Of a stretch of DNA of 37,879 nt, positions 33,369 to 37,879 are shown piece by piece. The position numbers and the translations under genes are program-made. The notes below the pieces were generated by a model. It saw only the letters and a list, made by a program, of their open reading frames with translations, was not told where the DNA came from and did not search any database. The stretch is from an uncultured bacterium. GTDB lineage: Bacteria > Patescibacteriota > Saccharimonadia > UBA4664 > SCTI01. The stretch spans positions 1 through 37,879 of the forward strand of contig CBDTXE010000001.1 in assembly GCA_965364395.1 (NCBI GenBank). Reading direction: 5' to 3'. How positions within the stretch are numbered: position 1 is the first letter of the stretch; each line of letters opens with the position of its first letter.

Positions 33369-33578
33369 ATGTGCGCGCAGTCCATGCTGGCGGAGGCCAT
33401 CACCTACCGGCAGCAGCTGAGCTGCGGCGATCCGGACCACGCTGACGGCCCCGAGCCCGACTGCGTGGCCTGCCGCGAGCAGCGGAGCTTGGCGCTGCAA
33501 AGCATGGCAGAGCTGGGGTTCTTCCCGGACGAGCTGGTGCCCGCGCAACAAGGCGGAACCATGCGCCGCGGCGCATAA
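33369..33578 (+). CDS. hypothetical small Cys-containing protein (69 aa; extremely GC3-rich)
   Basis: SD GGGAGG lies 5 nt upstream of the ATG. Nearly every codon ends in G or C. It contains one CxxC. Confidence 0.45.
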   Translation: MCAQSMLAEAITYRQQLSCGDPDHADGPEPDCVACREQRSLALQSMAELGFFPDELVPAQQGGTMRRGA

Positions 33579-33582
33579 CATC

Positions 33583-33614
33583 GGGGCCGGCGGACACTTG
33601 CGTCCGCCGGCCCC
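33583..33614 (+). terminator. 13 bp perfect GC-rich hairpin, no U-tract
   Basis: GGGGCCGGCGGAC-acttgc-GTCCGCCGGCCCC, 5 nt after the stop codon. Confidence 0.5.
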
Positions 33615-33707
33615 TGCCCTGCCCTGAGCCTTTTGTTAGTTCGCCCATAGATACCCTCGGAGACGTGCCATAGGCTGGCTATCACATAGCAATAGGGAGG
33701 GCAAGCC

Positions 33708-33920
33708 ATGGCAGAGAAGCCAGCATCAATCAATCCGATCCAATTACAAAAGCACTTAAAGGGAGTTGATTACCCCGCCACCCGCGAGTCGCTTATGAAG
33801 GGGGCCAAGAAGAACAAAGCAGACAAGGCCGTCATGGAGTTCCTGGAGCAGATTCCAGAGCAGGAGTATTCCAGTCCGGCCCAGGTGACCAAACAGATCA
33901 GCGGTTCCAAGAAAAAGTAA
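33708..33920 (+). CDS. DUF2795 domain protein
   Basis: SD AGGGAGG lies upstream. The pattern IQLQKHLKGVDYPATRESLMKGAKKNKADKAVMEFLEQIPEQEYSSPAQV is typical of DUF2795. Confidence 0.8.
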   Translation: MAEKPASINPIQLQKHLKGVDYPATRESLMKGAKKNKADKAVMEFLEQIPEQEYSSPAQVTKQISGSKKK

Positions 33921-33978
33921 CGTACTATTGCTTGTATTCGGTTTTTGTTCGGTATATCATCCGGTATAGGAGGTTGCC

Positions 33979-34245
33979 ATGCAGACCGAATATCCCATGG
34001 AGGCCATTGGGCTTCTGTTGTCTATATCGCCAGCCAAAAACCGGGTGGTACTGACGCCCCACGCCCTGAAATGGAAAGGCGAGCGCTACCCAATAGAGGT
34101 CATGGGGATGCACCATACCCGCAAGGATGGGGAGAAGCGCCTGCACGTCTTTGGGTTTAGCTGCGGCAACATGGATATGACCGTGGAGCTGGACCCGGAG
34201 ACATTGGGCTGCACCCTGACTGAGGTGAACTATGAGAATCGGTAG
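33979..34245 (+). CDS. hypothetical 88 aa protein, translationally coupled to the Y-family polymerase
   Basis: SD TAGGAGG lies upstream. Its last 14 nt overlap the polymerase start, whose SD GAGGTGA lies inside this ORF. Confidence 0.6.
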   Translation: MQTEYPMEAIGLLLSISPAKNRVVLTPHALKWKGERYPIEVMGMHHTRKDGEKRLHVFGFSCGNMDMTVELDPETLGCTLTEVNYENR

Positions 34246-35569
34246 CGGAGGTATTGAGCTCCCCATCAGCGGCGCACCACCAGAGGTCATGCATATAGAC
34301 CTCAACAGCGCCTTTGCCATGGCCGAGCAGCAGGCCAGGCCGCATTTGCGGGGGCGGGCAGTGGGCGTGACCAACCGCCTGCATGTGGCCGGCAGCCAGC
34401 GGATTGCTCCGTGGTCCATCTGTATCACCAGTTCCTATGAGGCCAAGCGCCAAGGCATCACAATTGGGACGCGGCACGATGAAGCCAAGCTGATTGATCC
34501 AAACTTTGTGATGCTGGAGAGCAATCCTTGGCGGTATATCACCACGCACCGGCGGCTACTTGGCATTTTTCAGGATTACTCGCCGGTGGCGTTTATGAAA
34601 TCCATTGATGAGGGCATCATTGATTTCCGAGGCATGCGGGCGGTACTTAAGGGGCGTTCACTTGAGGACGTCGCCCGCGAGATCAAGCAGCGGGTCAAGG
34701 AAGAGGTGGGCGACTATATGACCGTCAATGTCGGCATTGGCCAGAACCGCTGGTTGGCCAAGGTGGCGGCCGGGTTGAACAAGCCCAACGGACTGGATGT
34801 CATCCATAAGGACAACCTGCGCGACGTGTTGGGCAGCCAGGGTCTGACGGACCTGCCGTACGTGAAGCGGGGCGTTGGCACGCGCCTGCGCCTGGCGGGC
34901 ATTTATTCGCCGGTGGAATTCCTGGAGGCGCCGTATTGGCAGCTGTTCCGGCAGGTATTTGGCAGTGTCATGGGCCACCATTGGTACCTGAAGCTTCGGG
35001 GGTACGAGACGGAGGTGGATTTTGGTACCCGCACGGCCGGGCGCAGCTATGTGCTGGAAAACCGGACCAGTGTTCCGGAAGACCTTTTGGGGCTGATTTA
35101 CCTGGGGGCTATCAAGGTCAGCCGCAAACTGTGGCTAAAGGGCCTATACGCCCGAGGCCTGAGCCTTAGCCTGCGCTACGCCATCCATACTGACCGCTAT
35201 ACGCCCGGTGACAATAGCAATTCACGTTGGCGTGATAAGCGGATGTGGCAGTATCCCGCCCGGCGTCCGGACGAGCTGTTTGAGCGGGCGGCCTGGCTGT
35301 TCAAGCAGAGCCCTCCCGGAGAGGTAGTGACGGCGTACGAGCTGACGGCTTACGGTCTGCAGCACTTGCCCCACCGGCAGTTGCGGCTGTTTGAAGACGC
35401 CGATGCTAAGCGCGAATGGTTGTATGAGGCCATGGACGACGTTTTTGATCAGTATGGTGAACTGTCCCTGATGCCGGCATCGGTCCTGCGCATCAAGCGG
35501 TTCAACCCCATGAAAGATAAAATACCTTTCTACAACACCTCCTACTTCAACCTGGTCGGCGACATGTAG
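34232..35569 (+). CDS. Y-family DNA polymerase (UmuC/DinB-like translesion polymerase)
   Basis: HIDLNSAFAMAEQ (compare UmuC D-x-N-AFYAS-E), the catalytic motif SIDEGIIDF and GIGQNRWLAKVAAGLNKPNG. Confidence 0.85.
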   Translation: MRIGSGGIELPISGAPPEVMHIDLNSAFAMAEQQARPHLRGRAVGVTNRLHVAGSQRIAPWSICITSSYEAKRQGITIGTRHDEAKLIDPNFVMLESNPWRYITTHRRLLGIFQDYSPVAFMKSIDEGIIDFRGMRAVLKGRSLEDVAREIKQRVKEEVGDYMTVNVGIGQNRWLAKVAAGLNKPNGLDVIHKDNLRDVLGSQGLTDLPYVKRGVGTRLRLAGIYSPVEFLEAPYWQLFRQVFGSVMGHHWYLKLRGYETEVDFGTRTAGRSYVLENRTSVPEDLLGLIYLGAIKVSRKLWLKGLYARGLSLSLRYAIHTDRYTPGDNSNSRWRDKRMWQYPARRPDELFERAAWLFKQSPPGEVVTAYELTAYGLQHLPHRQLRLFEDADAKREWLYEAMDDVFDQYGELSLMPASVLRIKRFNPMKDKIPFYNTSYFNLVGDM

Positions 35570-35624
35570 GCCGGTTTGGAATTATAAACAGTGAACTGGC
35601 GCTCCATGGCGTTACAGTCAAAAT

Positions 35625-36959
35625 ATGCCACAGAAACACGTCATTGTGATTGGCGCTGGATTGGCCGGTCTCAGTGCTGCCTTGGAGCTGCAGGAGCGGG
35701 GATATCGCGTCACTGTATTGGAAGGACGCCCGTACGTGGGCGGGCGCACCGCGTCGTGGGAACAGGACGGGATGACTGTGGAGTCCGGCTTGCACCGGTA
35801 TCTAGGTTTTTACACCCACTTGCCGCGCCTGATCCGCAAGGCGGGAATGAATTTGAGCGACGTAGTCTTTTGGGAAGACGCCGTTGAAATGAGGACGCCC
35901 GGTATCAAGCCGGCAGTCTATCATGCGTCGGTCCATCGGCCACTCAGGAGCCTGGCGACCTTTATTGGTAATAACCACTACATGGGCTGGGCGGCAAAAC
36001 GGCAGTTTGGCCGGTTGATGGCGGCCGGACTTTGGCAGTTCCACCGTTCGCCGGTGGGGTTGGTTGACCAGACCGTGACGCAGTTTGCCGCCGGGCGGGC
36101 AGGCAGGGAGCTGCATGACCGCTTTTTGATACCTCTGACTGAGGGCATCTTTTTCACGCCGGCCGACCGCTATGCCGCCTACAACCTGTTTGGTCTGATA
36201 GCGCCGTTTTTGCCGCGCATGTACCGCCTGCGCATCGGAGGGTTCCGCGGCGGCATGACGGAGGTAATGACCGGGCCGATGGCCGAGGCGGTGAAGCGGG
36301 GCGGCGGCGCGGTGGATACCGGCGCGGACGTATCTGAGCTATTAGTTGAGGAAGGTCGTGTCACGGGAGTTGCGCTGGCAGGCGGGCGTCGGGTCCAAGC
36401 CGACTGGGTGGTTATGGCCGCATCGTTGTCCGGCACCCAAGCCATCGCTAAAAAGCATTTTGCCGGCCAGGAATGGACGCGGGACTGGCTTAAGTTGCCG
36501 TCGGTACCGGTGGTGACGGTGCACTTGGAACTGAGCGAACCGGCGCTGCCGCTTGACCGGACCACGTTTGGGCCGCTGACCAGCCTGGCGGCTTTCTCGG
36601 AAGAGTCGCGGACTACCTTTGCCAAGTCCAAAGGACGGTTATCGGTTATCATGTCGCCGCCGGGCGCGTTCATAAGGAAAGACGACCGGTCCGTGGTGAG
36701 GACGGCTGTGGACGACCTAATAAAACTAGGCATTGACGTCCGCACCACACTGCGCGACGCCAGGGTGGTAAAGATTCCGGCCGACTTCTATAGCCTGGAG
36801 ACCGGTAACCAGCGGCTGCGACCGCCGCAAGCTACGCCGGTGCCGGGACTGACTTTGGCGGGCGATTATACCCAGCAGAAATACCTGGCTACCATGGAGG
36901 GCGCGGTATATAGCGGCCGGCTGGCGGCAGAAGAAGTTGCCAGGAAGCTGCGCCACTAG
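35625..36959 (+). CDS. FAD-dependent oxidoreductase (amine oxidase / phytoene desaturase / HpnE-like family)
   Basis: N-terminal dinucleotide-binding motif VIVIGAGLAGLSAALELQERGYRVTVLEGRPYVGGR and a C-terminal GDYT... motif. Confidence 0.85.
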   Translation: MPQKHVIVIGAGLAGLSAALELQERGYRVTVLEGRPYVGGRTASWEQDGMTVESGLHRYLGFYTHLPRLIRKAGMNLSDVVFWEDAVEMRTPGIKPAVYHASVHRPLRSLATFIGNNHYMGWAAKRQFGRLMAAGLWQFHRSPVGLVDQTVTQFAAGRAGRELHDRFLIPLTEGIFFTPADRYAAYNLFGLIAPFLPRMYRLRIGGFRGGMTEVMTGPMAEAVKRGGGAVDTGADVSELLVEEGRVTGVALAGGRRVQADWVVMAASLSGTQAIAKKHFAGQEWTRDWLKLPSVPVVTVHLELSEPALPLDRTTFGPLTSLAAFSEESRTTFAKSKGRLSVIMSPPGAFIRKDDRSVVRTAVDDLIKLGIDVRTTLRDARVVKIPADFYSLETGNQRLRPPQATPVPGLTLAGDYTQQKYLATMEGAVYSGRLAAEEVARKLRH

Positions 36960-37000
36960 GCTTTCAGCAAAAACTCAGGGCGCGGCGCTACAATAAAGGC

Positions 37001-37684
37001 ATGAGAGTCTTGGTAATTGAGGACGAACATAAGATAGCCAATGCTTTGCGCAAAGGGCTGGAGCAGGAGTCCTATGCCGTAGACGTCGCCTATGACGCTG
37101 ATGAAGGGCTGAGTTCGGCGCTGACCGGAGACCATGACCTGATCATCTTGGACCGGATGCTACCGGGGCTGATTGAAGGCGTTGATATCTGCCGGGAGGT
37201 GCGAGCCAGCAATGTGCACGTGCCAATAATTATGCTGACCGCCAAAGACCAGATCAAGGACCGGGTTACCGGGCTCAACAGCGGCGCCGACGACTACCTA
37301 GTAAAGCCGTTTGCCTTTGAGGAGCTTCTTGCGCGGGTTAGGGCGCTTTTGCGGCGCCCGCAGGATAATCTGGGCACCGTGCTCAAAATTGATGACCTGA
37401 CTATGGACACGGTTTCTTTTGAGGTGCGCCGGGCGGGAAAGCCTATAACCTTATCCAGCAAAGAATATGCGCTGCTGCAGTACTTACTGCGTAACCAAAA
37501 CCAAGTGCTTTCTAAGAACGCCATAATTACCCATGTGTGGGACTTTGACGCCGACGTCCTGCCCAACACTGTGGAAGTCTACATGGGATACTTGCGCTCC
37601 AAGATAGAAAAACCCTTCAACGGCCCCTCTTTGATACAGACGGTGCGGGGCTTTGGTTACAAGCTGGCGGTTGGCGGTGCGTGA
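37001..37684 (+). CDS. OmpR-family response regulator
   Basis: Receiver domain (DLIILDRMLPG, the phospho-acceptor Asp, and KPF) plus a winged-helix domain (LSSKEYALLQYL...GFGYKL). Confidence 0.92.
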   Translation: MRVLVIEDEHKIANALRKGLEQESYAVDVAYDADEGLSSALTGDHDLIILDRMLPGLIEGVDICREVRASNVHVPIIMLTAKDQIKDRVTGLNSGADDYLVKPFAFEELLARVRALLRRPQDNLGTVLKIDDLTMDTVSFEVRRAGKPITLSSKEYALLQYLLRNQNQVLSKNAIITHVWDFDADVLPNTVEVYMGYLRSKIEKPFNGPSLIQTVRGFGYKLAVGGA

Positions 37685-37685
37685 G

Positions 37686-37879
37686 ATGAGGGAGCGCTGG
37701 GCCTCACTGACGCCAGCTACCCGCCTGGCCGGTGCTTACCTGGGCATCCTGCTGGTTGTCAGCCTGCTGTTTAGCGTGTCCCTATACCGGCTGTCGGCCA
37801 CCCAACTGGAACATAGCCTCCAGCAACAGTATTCGCGCCTGAACCGGGTGACCGGCGGACTGGTGCCGCCACCAACTCC
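37686..37879 (+). CDS. probable cognate sensor histidine kinase, N-terminal fragment (runs off the window)
   Basis: The ATG lies 1 nt after the regulator stop and is followed by a TM helix (LAGAYLGILLVVSLLFSVSLY). The identity is inferred from context only. Confidence 0.55.
   Translation, partial: MRERWASLTPATRLAGAYLGILLVVSLLFSVSLYRLSATQLEHSLQQQYSRLNRVTGGLVPPPT

Noticed and set aside
1-37879. CRISPR arrays, rRNA genes or large tandem repeats
   Set aside because: No regularly spaced direct repeats and no rRNA-like conserved stretches were seen. The only repeats noted are short motifs (TATCTGG x3, TTCGGT x2) and low-complexity coding tracts.

Overview
Compact, gene-dense bacterial window of about 54 coding regions and six tRNAs, all with an encoded CCA. 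The core genes look monoderm or CPR/Saccharibacteria-like, which is an inference. They include a secretin-less type IV pilus operon (pilB-pilC-pilin), a second pilin, and tsaE-tsaB. They also include rny-ymdB, HU, RNase J, ddl, gpmA, cysS, a ZIP transporter and two-component genes. No rRNA, CRISPR array, integrase or transposase was seen. The most unusual feature is a mosaic of at least four visibly GC-rich patches with G/C-ending codons: ~13.26-16.57 kb, ~20.13-20.89 kb, ~25.55-26.04 kb and ~33.33-33.62 kb. They hold orphan ORFs plus a TylM1/DesVI-like methyltransferase. Each patch ends in a long GC-rich hairpin with no U-tract, and most are preceded by a sigma70-like promoter, three of them near-consensus and set in AT-rich spacer; the patches are often next to tRNA genes. 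This looks like piecemeal capture of foreign, possibly actinobacterial, genes. Other items worth follow-up are a WxL-like/DUF916-like surface pair, and a double lamin-tail-domain surface protein divergent from the pilus operon. There is also a ~95 aa insertion in the PilB zinc module and an 88 aa ORF translationally coupled to a UmuC-like polymerase. Several structured leaders or small-RNA candidates were found as well. All family calls come from motif recognition by eye and no searches were run.
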